Shown here: positions 1-11,352 of the stretch, in pieces | How the letters are laid out: every line of letters starts with the position of its first letter | Numbering within the stretch: position 1 is the stretch's first letter | Origin: Tubulanus polymorphus | Lineage: Eukaryota > Animalia > Nemertea | Reading direction: 5' to 3' | Length of the DNA: 64,000 nucleotides | Assembly: GCF_964204645.1 (NCBI RefSeq) | Contig: NC_134026.1 | Coordinates: 23,532,150-23,596,149, forward strand | Notes under the pieces: generated by a model | Seen by the model: only the letters and a program-made list of their open reading frames with translations | Told to the model about the DNA's origin: nothing | The model's database searches: none | Made by a program: the position numbers and the translations under genes

Positions 1-3000
1 ACACATATCAATTGTGGAGTTACTGATTGTCTATGGAGCAGATCCTGGAGTTCCTGATGTGCTAGGACAAACACCAGTCAACTATTCACGGTAACAGTCT
101 TCACATTTCAAATATTACAGAATAATATGAATTTTTCACCTTTCCACACTCTTCTGACTAAAAGTATAAATGCTTTTGTATTTGGAAGCTATGCACAATG
201 AAAACCATCGAATGATATTCAGACATGAATTAGCTACAAACAAAGAAAATGGGTTTTTTCAACTGATTGAACTGCTTATTTCTGTATGGCTATTGATGTT
301 AACATGTTACTACCATCTGTATTACACACTTCAATTTTATTTCATCTATGACAGACCCACAGACCCCAGTTACCGACCTTTACTACAGAAAGTCTGTTAT
401 CGTTGCTTTGTAGCTATATTACAAGTTGTGGTTTGTCATGAATCATATTTGCCTAATTTTTCTTTTTTAAATAGAGCCGAAGGTCATATAGATTTAACTG
501 ATCGGTTGATAGAATGTCAATATGAGCTGACTGATCGTTTAGCTTATTACCTTTGTGGGAGAAAACCAGGTAAGAGCTCAATCCTACTGAAAGCATTTCA
601 TACATCAATTATCTACAATATCATATAAAGTAATTGAGTGCTGGCACCAACCGTCTGAGCGACAAATGTGCATATCTTTTAGATCATAAAAATGGTCAGC
701 ATTTTATCATCCCGCACATGGCTGACAGTAGTCTAGACTTATCAGAACTAGCCAAAGCTGCCAAGAAAAAATTACAAGCTGTGAGTAGTCAATTTCACTG
801 GTTTCAACAATGGTTTTTTAAATGTGCTTGAATTACAACACATTATACGCACATGTATGGTGCTGCCACGTTGTATGATAAGATGAAACTAAGTACCTAA
901 ATCCTTACTTGCAATATTTTTACATATCGTTTGTCATGATTGTATTTCAGTTACCAAATCACTTGTTTGAAGAGTTAGCTATGGATGTTTATGATGAAGT
1001 TGACAGACGAGAAAATGATGCAAGTAAGTTGTCATAGTTGTTTAGTATAATTATCTATTGATATGAGTACTATGATACTTGACACTGACTAATTATTTGT
1101 AATTTTTCAGTTTGGCTTTCAACACAAAATCACAGTACATTAGTAATGGATAGGCAAAGTATTCCATTTTTACCAGTCAACCCAGAACTTTCATCAACAA
1201 GAAATCAGGTATGATTACCCTCATTATTGTCATAAATTGCAATAGGCTTGATCTGATGTCCACACCTTATCTTATTTTAAAATTTCAATTTTTCCCAATG
1301 AAGAAATATCAAATAAGCATTTCGAACATTGATGCACTTACCGGTATTATAAGTTTTGATAGTAGGGTAAGTTAATAAGCTGAAATTTCTTATTCAGGGA
1401 CGTCAAAAACTGGCTCGTTTCAATGCAAGAGAATTCGCTACGCTAGTCATTGATATATTGAGTGAAGCTCGACGAAGGCAGTTTGGTATTTCGAGCCCGA
1501 TTCAATCGCCACGTTCGGACAGGCATGGTAGGTTATACTGTAATGATTCTATAACACTGTTCATTAATATCATCATGCGTGGCTATCAATCAAGAACTGT
1601 CAAGCTTGTATGGTTATTTCTGTGAATGGTATTAGCATCGACTAATGATGTTTTCTGCTTAATGATCATCAAAAAGGGAGCATAAAAATCATGTGTGCCT
1701 CATGCATGTTTATTTGTAGGAAGTGGAAATGCTCCAAGTTTCTCTGCAACTTTTGAATTTGTTTCAAACTGAAATCTTAAACTGGTTAAGTCATTAGTGC
1801 ATTGTGCATCTTTTTGTTTGAAGATCTTTGTCATGTTTGTGTCATATATATTTCTCTCAGACTCTGTGAACGGTGAACTGCAAGATGAACCCCTGTATGA
1901 CAGCGTTCCAGTTGATACCCGTAAGAATTTTTGTTGTTTGAATGTTTGATTGTCTCTATCATAACCTGATCCTGACTGTGATGTTTTCTGCTAAATCTTA
2001 AATTCTCATTAATCAAACCTGGTGAGATTTTCATGGGGAAAAGGTTAGACGTTAGAAATTTATAGTGTAGCGTAATATATCAAATCTAGGATAGATCGGG
2101 AATCGGTATCTGTTCTTGGTCACTTAATCGTATTTAACGTTAATCATATTCTTTTATCTACAGAGATAAAAAGCATCATTATCTGCATCATTTACGTATT
2201 TTCACCAAGTGAATTATTTCAACATTCTCCATCATGTGTTTTCTCTTGAATTATGTGTGATATAAAATTGTTACCCTTAACTGTTTGGTAGGATCATTAC
2301 CGAATTATCCAAAAATGATATCTAGATGTCTTCTTTCTCCTTTGATTTATTTTCTGCATACTTAGACCCTCAGAATGGGAGGCAGTCGGGTTACCATAAT
2401 GCAGTTGACGATGAGCCATTATATGACAGCGTTCCAGCCAGTAAGAATTCATGTCTTCCCGTTGTGTGCATGTTGTTTTTTGTTATGATTTCTGCATGCA
2501 GGACTTAAGATATTTTGCTTTTTAGGCAATCCCTATTTTCAGTTTGGTGTGGATAGCAGATAAGAATTTCAGTGTAGATTGTGTTTCACTTTGAGCACTT
2601 TGTTGACAACCTTTTCTTCAGTATATACATATAGAATTTGGTTCATTTTCACCGGATTTTCCCATGTACGTTTACATCAGCAGAAATTGTGGCTACTTGT
2701 CATTTCTCGTTATTTCTTATCAATAACGTCTTAAGAACAAAAAAGAGTTACGAGGAATTAGAATCTATTATTGAGTTCATAATTGAAAGTATTTAAAAAT
2801 GATAAGAATTAGAGTAAAATACTCGTGCAAGTATTGTACCATATCCTGAATTTGGGTGTTTCTTTACATGAGGTCAGTGCATGGTTGTGAAATACTATAG
2901 ATTTGTGTAGATGATAATATTTGCATTTTTTGCTCTTGATGAAATTGATTGGCAAAAAAGATCAAGTATATTAGCTCATTGTTGTGTTGTTAAGTGAGAA

Positions 3001-6000
3001 ATAATTTCTTAAATGCTGCTTTCATGTATTGCATACTGTTTAGATGCATTTTTAAGATAAGGATATGCAATTACTGATGTGGCCCTTTTGTAAATTGCTT
3101 GTGATTAGATAATATTGTTAAGACAACTTAATTGTCAGAACGAGTGTGAAAAGCTTTTCATGTAATTGCTATGAAATTGTACAATTATACAAAGATGCCC
3201 TATTTATATGTATAAATCATGAAGGGTTTCACGCTGCATGTTAGAACTGTTAGTAATTGGTAAAGTGCCATACCGTAGTTCAACTAACAATAGGGTGTTG
3301 GAGAAAGGCATAGCATGACTGGCTACTAGTACCACTGCTACTACTACTAACCTGGAAGCAAATTTCTAAACACTCACCATTGCCTATATCGCTATTACGA
3401 ACAGTACTGGAGGAAGATGTGTACACGGATGCCATAGATGAACAGAATATTATACACAGTGATTATAGCGAAGTTGAAGTTGGGACAGCTCGGTTAGTTG
3501 CAGCCCCAGAAACAGTTACATCGCTGACCAAGGCAGTATATTCAGAGGAAACTATTGAGGAAGTTGAAGATGATGGTGATGATGATGATGATGAATCACA
3601 TTATGATAGCGTCGCATCTTTGATCGAGGGTTAGTACCGACAGATGACGTCTATATTGGTTCTCTATTATATCGGATCGAGTTTTTATCTGTGCTTGGGT
3701 TAAATTTATTCGAGTTATGAAAAGGGAGAAATTTTTTTCAATAGTTGTAATGATTGTTGTTTAGTTTCTAGTGGCGATGCTTCAAGGGAAAAGGTGAATT
3801 ATGAAGTTTTTGTTGTGCTAGGAAAGTTTATTCACTCCCTATGGTGACATACTGCAGCATTAATATTAACCAGTGGTTACAATTAACCTTTTGACTAAAA
3901 ATGCATCAAGAACATCGGGAACTGCTCCCTGCCATCCTTATTTGTGTGAATCAAGGATTTAAATTTTGTATTTTGCCGCAATCACACAAGAGACAATTTG
4001 GCCCGGATCAGACCCGAGTCAAATTTGGCCCATGTCTAATTAGAGTATGATAAAATTTTTCATCGGGCAAAATTTGGTCTGTTTCTAACTAGCAGGCACT
4101 GACCCATTTGGCACCAGTGAATCACGAATGGTTTGCATGGGCAAAATTTGGCCGCGGTCAAAATCAGTTGTGTGATCGCGACTTGTATTTTCAGCCAATT
4201 CCTTTTTTGTATAAATCTGTACTAGTACACATAGGTGATACGTTTTACTAATCTAATTCCTTTTGTAATTATATCCTGGGCTTTTTAGGTGCTTTTCTGC
4301 TGTAAACATTTCCATGAAATATCATGTTCAGTTTGTTGTGTTCTAAGTGTTTTTAACATTGTGTTAACGCAGTGATTTTTTTGAGTATTTAGATTTTGAT
4401 GGTGTATCTATGCACTATATCATTTTTATAATTTTTGCATTTTACTTTATTTTTGTTAGACTTGCCTATCTATAACAACATAAACTTCTATGGTGTATTG
4501 CCAACAATGGCTGAGGAAGACTCCCAGAACCCAAACTTTGATGGTAGCTCCCCCTGCAATCAATACCTCGATGGTGAGATATTCTTGCATTGGTTATAGT
4601 GCATGACCGTAGATACCCATGCCCTTTGCCTAAAACTAGACATGTTTATTCACCAAACCAATTCCGTTTATGATATGAAAAAAAACCCTACAAAGGTGAT
4701 AGTTGAATGCTAATTTAACCTGCTTGCCAATTGTGCTTTGGTACCCATAAATGAAACATTTTTATGGATTAAGTTAGTGAAAGCACTACTCAAGTTACAT
4801 TTATTTGTATTTCACATAGTTTTGTTCTGCCATTCTCTGAATTTTATGACTAAAAATACCAATTTTCTGTCATTTAATCTGCTATATGCTAGACTTTGAT
4901 GGCTTAAAATGTACTTTTTTATAAATATTTGTTGCTTTTGTTTAGATAATGAGCTCATTGTTTTGTTAATAATCCCATTTATATATATTTTCATAGAACT
5001 GGATGATGTTCTTGCTATTATGTATTCAAAAGTTATGTAAAACGTTTTCAGGCTCGGAGCTTTATATCCACGTCAATATCATCAGTACATGTATAGCCTA
5101 CTATCATTACTAAGCTATATTTGATTGTGTTCATAATACTTGTACTAATATTCGTGTCTCAATTAGCATTATCACTTACAAACAGGACTTCTGAAAACAT
5201 GAAAAGCAGCTGTATGAAGCTAGTTGTGTTCTATGTAAACTGCAGTTAGATCAACTGTGGTTAGAATTTTGGTTGTTGAAGACTGCTGTTTACTCTGATG
5301 CTAATCAACCGGTTTTGATGTTTAGTTTGACCTCTTCTCGGCCAAGTGTTTGGTTAATGGGTGTTACGTTGTTTACAGGGAGTCCCAATGAATTATGTGT
5401 CAATGATAGCAAAATGAAGAAGTCCTTGAGTAACATCAGTGATGATGAGCCGTTGTACGACTCGGTGGCGTCGGACGAAGATTATGGAATGCTACCAAAT
5501 GTGGATAAAACGCGGGCAGCGAAAAAAGATATGGCGACTAGCAACATAGAGAAACAGCCACAACCACCAGGAGAGGTGAGTGAGAAAAATCTGAAATACT
5601 GATCATTTTCATTTTAGTTCATATACCATGAGACTACAATTGGAGATTACTTGTTCGCTAGTATCTTACTTGTAAATACGTACATATAATTCATCTTATT
5701 TGTTGTATCATTATGAAGTGAAGTTTGTTGCTTTGGTTATTTTATGATAAACATAGATCGGACGTGCATGAAATGTAGTAACACGTGTTTATGATAGAAA
5801 GGTCATCACTGAAACCAATATGCTATTATTTTATGATGGATAGACTTATGTATTCTATGTTTCATATTACTGTTACCGCAAAGAATAAATGTGGGTGTGA
5901 TTGGAGAAGTTATTTTCAACTTAATTAGCTATTATTACAAACTGATGAATGTATGTTGCTTTTGATGTCCGATATCGTGTTATTGATGTTGTTATTTTTG

Positions 6001-7500
6001 CTTTAGGAGCTTACTGCTCCTATGAAGGGCAGTACATCCCCAACATCTATGATCTCGTTCACTGAGGTGAGAAAAAAGATGATTACTGTCTGATTGTTTG
6101 CATGTGTTTGGCATGATGCTTCTTGTATCAGATACAGAGCAGAAAAATTAATTAGTTGTAATCATTACTGGAGTGAAGAGATGCATGCTCATTATTCATT
6201 GTCTTTGGGGCTCGATTTCCTGTTAAAAACTCATTTGCTGATATTAGAAGAGTATTTTCTGAATGTCCATAATATGTTGGTACATGCATGAAACCGAATA
6301 TAAATAAATGTTTGTTTTGTCTTTTATTCAATTATCAGAGACGTATTCACATGTTTAGTTCAGTTTACCTCCCAACTGCAAGAAACAGTGTAACCCTAGT
6401 GGGTCTTAAGAGACGGCCAGGGCTTTTTTGTAGGTTGTTGTCACTCATAACCTGACTAAGTTAGCAGAGCTTAGTCCATGTACCGTATGTGTCTTGACAG
6501 CCAATGCCAGGGGTGGTTTGGAACCAGGCTTGGTTCCCAGTCCTCCACTTAATGAACTGAGCTAATTACACACGACCTGGGGCCCTTGAAAAAATATATC
6601 AAATGGGATTTGAACAATTGTGGTTATTTATTATTTGTAGAGTTTAGCCTCATCTGAGCACTCGGATACACCAATTACTCTCGAAGAATACATGGACGTT
6701 AAACGATCACTAGTGACATCAGAAGCCCGAGTAAATCAACTCGTTCAATTAAATACGGAACTGAAACTACAAGTAGCTCAGTTATCACAAACAGTAAGTA
6801 CCTGCACCTAACAACCTCGTGGTTAGCTAGAGATAATCATCTTAGGTGATTTTTTTATGAGAAAAGCTTTGCGTAACTGATAGGAAAGAGTTATTGATCT
6901 GTATGAGCTGTGTGTGTAATTTCGGCGCACTTACTTTTAATTTCTTTTTTTTTTGCACTCGATAGTGTACTGCTAGGAAACACCATGTCTTGCGTGTATG
7001 TCCCTGGCAATTGAGCTGTTGCATGCAGATTTTTTTCTGACAGTTCGATCTATGGTTCGTTTACGCTATATTAGTTTATTGAATGATGAACTTCCTGATT
7101 TAGTGAACGTTAATCACCAATTGAACGAGGATTACATCCTGTGTCTCTTTTTTAGGCTACAATATACCAGTACTACAGTGTGCACTGTTTCAGAACTACA
7201 TAGAACACTATTCCAATATCTATTTTCACATTTGGTGCTGAAAAAATAGCTGACATATTATTAAACTTAAGTTTGCACAACATCCTTTTGGAAAATCATT
7301 TTTATGCGTGAAGTTTTATTTAGGAATGATTTAGTATAGTTATTTTTTTTTGGTTCACATTCACATTTCATGACACTATTTTCATCATTAATCTGTCCCT
7401 TGATGATGAATTTTCCATAATTGCATCATTACTGTCTTGCTCAATTATTAATCTATTACACTGTTGTTTTTCTTTTGTTATATCTGCTGCTATTCTCAGA

Positions 7501-7534
<34 letters not shown>

Positions 7535-8991
7535 TAATGTTCTGTCATTATGTGTGCCCATCATTCATTTTTGAACGTATGAAAATTCTTTGATTTCAGG
7601 TGCAAAGTTTATTACAAGAGAATGCAGCTTTTCGGCGGCTCCAAAAACAGCAAAATAGTCAACACCATCAGATGACAACGACTACACCTGTTGATCAACG
7701 ACCACCATTGTCACCTCAAACGTATACAACATTACCCAATGGGCATAGTCCTGAATCAAATATTCACAGTGTAAAACCTCCTCCAGCCCGTCCACAGTCA
7801 ATGTTTGAAACTAGAGACCAACAACGACCAGTTCCTAAACATCCGAATGTAAGTCACTTTCCCATCAAAAACAAAGCTACTGTTTGTGAATTTGAGTCGG
7901 TATAAATGTTAATTACAATTTTTGCAGGTGTCATTAGCTGAAGAGAATAGTTCTGAATATTCCACCACCAATCAACCGGATCAGGTAGACAATCGTTCGA
8001 TTGATATAGATTGAATAAATCCTAGCAGAAAAAAATATTTGAGATGACTACCCGTACTTGAAGTGTAAAACCAATGACCTATAATTTGATACTTCTGATT
8101 GCAGGTTATGGACAGAAGTGGCCCGAGATTACGAAAATCTAGTGCACCGGCATTAACACCTATTCCACAGGGTACAGATGCAGATTATGATACTCCACCT
8201 AGTCATCGACATACAAGTGATTCAGTTAGTTCAAGGTAATTGAATAAATATGAATTGGTATTTTGAGATTGTAATCTTACATAAAACAGTAACCTGAAAT
8301 CATTTTTAAGTTATTTGTTGATGAGTGGTATATTTGCTTAATCATAGATCTGATAGTAGTGGTCATTTCACATCTGCATCGGATGGTAGTATGACACCTG
8401 GTACTCCGTCACATCCACATCCGCTAGATTTAGAGGAAGACATGCCAACGCAAGAAGATGTCGTCAAGAAAACTGAACGAATCACCAAAAAAATACAAGA
8501 ACTGTTAATTTCCGCTCAAGAAGGAAATCATAATAGGTATTCATCTGTTCGGATTTGTTTGTTACATTTGATTATCATCATCATTTCTATCAAACTCATT
8601 TAGAGTAAATACCGGTAGTGTTCAGGGAAAATTGTTCTGTCTTTTTTGTAGTTATGGGCCTTGTTCAGATAAAATACATTTAGCCGTATGCGAAATGGCA
8701 GCAATATTTCCTCAGGTAAGCGCATGCTAAGATAATTGACTATGTGCTTTCGGTAGAATTAATCAGTAATAATGAATATTTGGATTATATTCACAGAAAC
8801 CGAAGACTGAAATTGTTCAAAACGGACTAAGAGCGCTAACATATAGTGCAGTGCGTTTACAAGAGGAATGTCGCAGTACTCCGATGGATAGTCGTGGAAA
8901 TATAGACTATCGAATAAAAACTCAACAAGTCATTCAATGTGCCTATGACATTGCCAAAGCCGCAAAACAGCTAGTCATGTTATTCCAATAG
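1..8991 (+). CDS. GIT: ARF GTPase-activating protein GIT (GIT1/GIT2 family), 5'-truncated by the window; ankyrin end, Spa2-homology domain, coiled coil and C-terminal paxillin-binding domain
   Basis: Core exons, all GT-AG and phase-consistent: <1-90, 475-569, 683-780, 951-1023, 1111-1208, 1398-1527, 5379-5575, 6007-6066, 6641-6793, 7600-7848, 7928-7984, 8105-8235, 8348-8536, 8652-8715, 8797-8991 (TAG). Translation gives hallmark GIT segments: ELLIVYGADPG, ECQYELTDRLAYYLCGRKPDHKNG, LFEELAMDVYDEVDRRENDA, GRQKLARFNAREFATLVIDILSEARRR, YDSVASDED, EDVVKKTERITKKIQELL, QQVIQCAYDIAKAAKQLV. Confidence 0.96.
1861..1920 (+). CDS. GIT: Candidate GIT cassette exon A (60 nt, phase 1-1): (D)SVNGELQDEPLYDSVPVDT
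   Basis: Acceptor tttctctcag, donor gtaaga, length 3n, open in the GIT frame, repeats the DEPLYDSV motif of exon 5379-5575. Confidence 0.8.
2366..2440 (+). CDS. GIT: Candidate GIT cassette exon B (75 nt, phase 1-1): (D)PQNGRQSGYHNAVDDEPLYDSVPA
   Basis: Acceptor tttctgcatacttag, donor gtaaga, length 3n, DEPLYDSV motif. Confidence 0.8.
3405..3629 (+). CDS. GIT: Candidate GIT cassette exon C (225 nt, phase 1-1): acidic, Tyr-containing, ends DDDDDESHYDSVASLIE
   Basis: Acceptor acag preceded by TACTAAC at 3345-3351, donor gttagt, 75 open codons, YDSVAS motif. Confidence 0.72.
3975..4182. mobile_element. Non-autonomous DNA transposon (MITE), PIF/Harbinger-like, copy 1
   Basis: Terminal inverted repeats GCCGCAATCACAC ... 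GTGTGATCGCGAC, internal AAATTTGGCCC motifs; related copy at 48451-48751 in the opposite orientation. Confidence 0.65.
4460..4573 (+). CDS. GIT: Candidate GIT cassette exon D (114 nt, phase 1-1): (D)LPIYNNINFYGVLPTMAEEDSQNPNFDGSSPCNQYLD
   Basis: Long T-rich tract ending ttgttag, donor gtgaga, length 3n, open frame, TGCATG at 4600. Confidence 0.62.
6390..6570 (-). mobile_element. Degenerate tRNA-derived SINE-like fragment
   Basis: Minus strand reads TAGCTCAGT (A-box-like, 6556-6564) then GGTTCCAAACC (B-box-like, 6515-6525); more GC-rich than the surrounding intron. Boundaries are approximate. Confidence 0.4.
7501..7533. repeat. (CAT)11 microsatellite, intronic
   Basis: Read directly from the sequence. 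Confidence 0.95.
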
Positions 8992-10532
8992 TGCAGAAAA
9001 GCTTACTGGTATATGGGCCTCAAAAGCAATATTTTAATGCATGCTTCATAGAGTACATTCTATCATAAAACAATGTTCTCATTCAGTCCCTTGAGTTTTC
9101 AGCGAATATCGCTGAATTGGTGATTTTGATCCATGAAATATCAAGTGTAAATATTTTCAGCTCTGCCAGCATTTTAAAAATCAAGGCAATAGCTCAGGTT
9201 ATTGCTGTTATTGTCATAATACATTTTCACACTAAAGACTATATATGTCTGCGATTTTGATAGAGCTGCCAAATGATATTAATATATTGAATTTTCTCTT
9301 TCTTGGTAAGCAGCTACAAGTATTTTTTGTACATTTCAAAAAGCCCCTATGCTTACTGAATGTGTAGTGTAGATCATACCTTACAAGTACATATGTTATA
9401 AAGAATATTCACATGAATGTTGGTGCTAATCTACTTTACATGGCTTAGCATTTCTCATCGCCATATCTTACTTTTCCAATGAAGGTCATTTCCAAATATA
9501 TTTAACCAAAAGGTGATTCAGAGAAGATGCTTTTCGATGCAATGATTATAAATGCGCAAATGTGTCTCTGATTTCTGCCAAGAACCAATGATTTGCATAT
9601 ATATGTGTACATAACACTGCTATGTTAAATCTTACAATGTGGCTGTTGAATGTCCATAGCTTCACTAAAATATAGCCGTACTTGGAAGACTTTTTAATAT
9701 TTGGTCTCCCTGCAAATCAGATCAAAATTTCAATCTTGAGATGTAAATGTTTTCTCTGAATCAGATAGCTGTTCTATTGTATGGCATGAAAGTTTGTTCA
9801 GCTATGCAGAATCTTATGTTATGAATATTTTCTCGACTAAATACATAATATGTACATATGGAAATTAGTATGGTACTACTTAAATCATGTGTTGTTGCTG
9901 TAGTAAACTTTTGAATTAGCTGTTAACAAGGTTTATAAGAATTGGTCAGATGCTATGTCTGGTCAGTAGACCTAGACTGATTTGTATTGTGCATTAGGTA
10001 CAGGTTTTTGTTGTATTCCTAGAATGATTCATTGATTAATGTACATGTAAGCCATCTGTGATATGTGTGATGAATTTGCAACAAAATGTTAAACCATTTT
10101 TTATTGCTTTGCGGATATACCGTAGTGTTTTTCCCATGAAAAAGGTACCAGATATTTCTATGAAAATGAATTGATTGGACATTATAAAAACATACAAGTA
10201 ATGTACGGTATACAATTTCATAGAAATTTGATTTGACAACATTTCGTATTCAAATTAGCAAAATCATTTACTAAAAAGGGAGTTGTTTAGTTTGGTTTAG
10301 TTACCAGGTATACCTTTTATACATTTTGGAGTGTGGGGCCCATAAAATTAAGGTTGGTTTCGAAAAAATCATTAGGCATTTAATTAAAGAAAATGATGAT
10401 TAAAATGCAAAAGGCATAGAATAGTTTGGAGAGTATAGTGGAAAATAATTTTTAGTGGATAACAATTTTTATTTTCTTTTCCTTGTGATCCCGCATTTTG
10501 TGCTATTAATTTGTAACGTGTAAAAAATGTAC

Positions 10533-10619
10533 AATAAAGTGCGTAGTTTATGTTAGAGAAAAGTACTCTTCCTCGGAGTACTATACTTTTGTTTCGAACA
10601 AATAAATTATCTTAATAAA
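10533..10619 (+). terminator. Candidate GIT polyadenylation signals (AATAAA at 10533 and 10614)
   Basis: Two AATAAA hexamers about 1.6 kb after the stop, followed by GT/T-rich sequence and then a CpG-richer promoter-like region. Confidence 0.4.
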
Positions 10620-11352
10620 AATTGATGGTGTTTTTAGTCTTTTCTCGGATTTGTAAATTTGGTCATGATCGTGGAGTCAGTTGGACAATTTGTACTTGAT
10701 TCTGTAACAGCAACGCATTAACTAATGCTGCCACCTTCGTTTCCATAGTGATTGCTGTAAATTAGGGCAAGTTAAAGCGCCGATGATAAAATATTATCTT
10801 GCGTCGGTGCTTAGCTAGCGGTAGCACCAGAGCAGTGTGTTGCAGCACTTCATTCGAGTCGACTCCGATGATCAAATGCGCTGAGCTAGTTTGAGGAAAC
10901 TATATGCGGAATTACGTTTCGACCAACGGGATTTATTAATATATTAATGGATGATTTAATTAAATTTGATATTCAGAAAGTGTTCAGGCGTAAAGAGTTT
11001 TTATATCAAGACTCGGTTATTTTTCAGCACTTATTAACTTATCAGTTCAACAACGGCGCTATGCATTGAACAGCGACTCCTCCCGACGACTCTTTACCCT
11101 AAAATTCCGTTTTATTCGATCGTGAATAAAACATTTTAGGCCTACGTAGGGTCGGAAAGAATATTAAATCTAACGCGTGGTCTTTGAATTGGGAATCCTT
11201 AGTTGATTTCTCATGATGAGATCGTAGGAAAACCGCGCTATAGAAGAAGAATAGAGAGAATATCGCGCCCACGCTAATCGACAGTGGGGGAGGTAGTTCC
11301 AATCAACGAACAGCCAGTTCAGGAACTGCAACAACAGGAAGAACAGAGCAAA

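Noticed and set aside
170-474. N-terminal part of the 152-aa ORF 170-628
   Set aside because: Intronic read-through; only 475-569 matches GIT and is bounded by splice sites.
1720-1790. Possible extra GIT exon after tatttgtag
   Set aside because: An in-frame TGA precedes any convincing donor.
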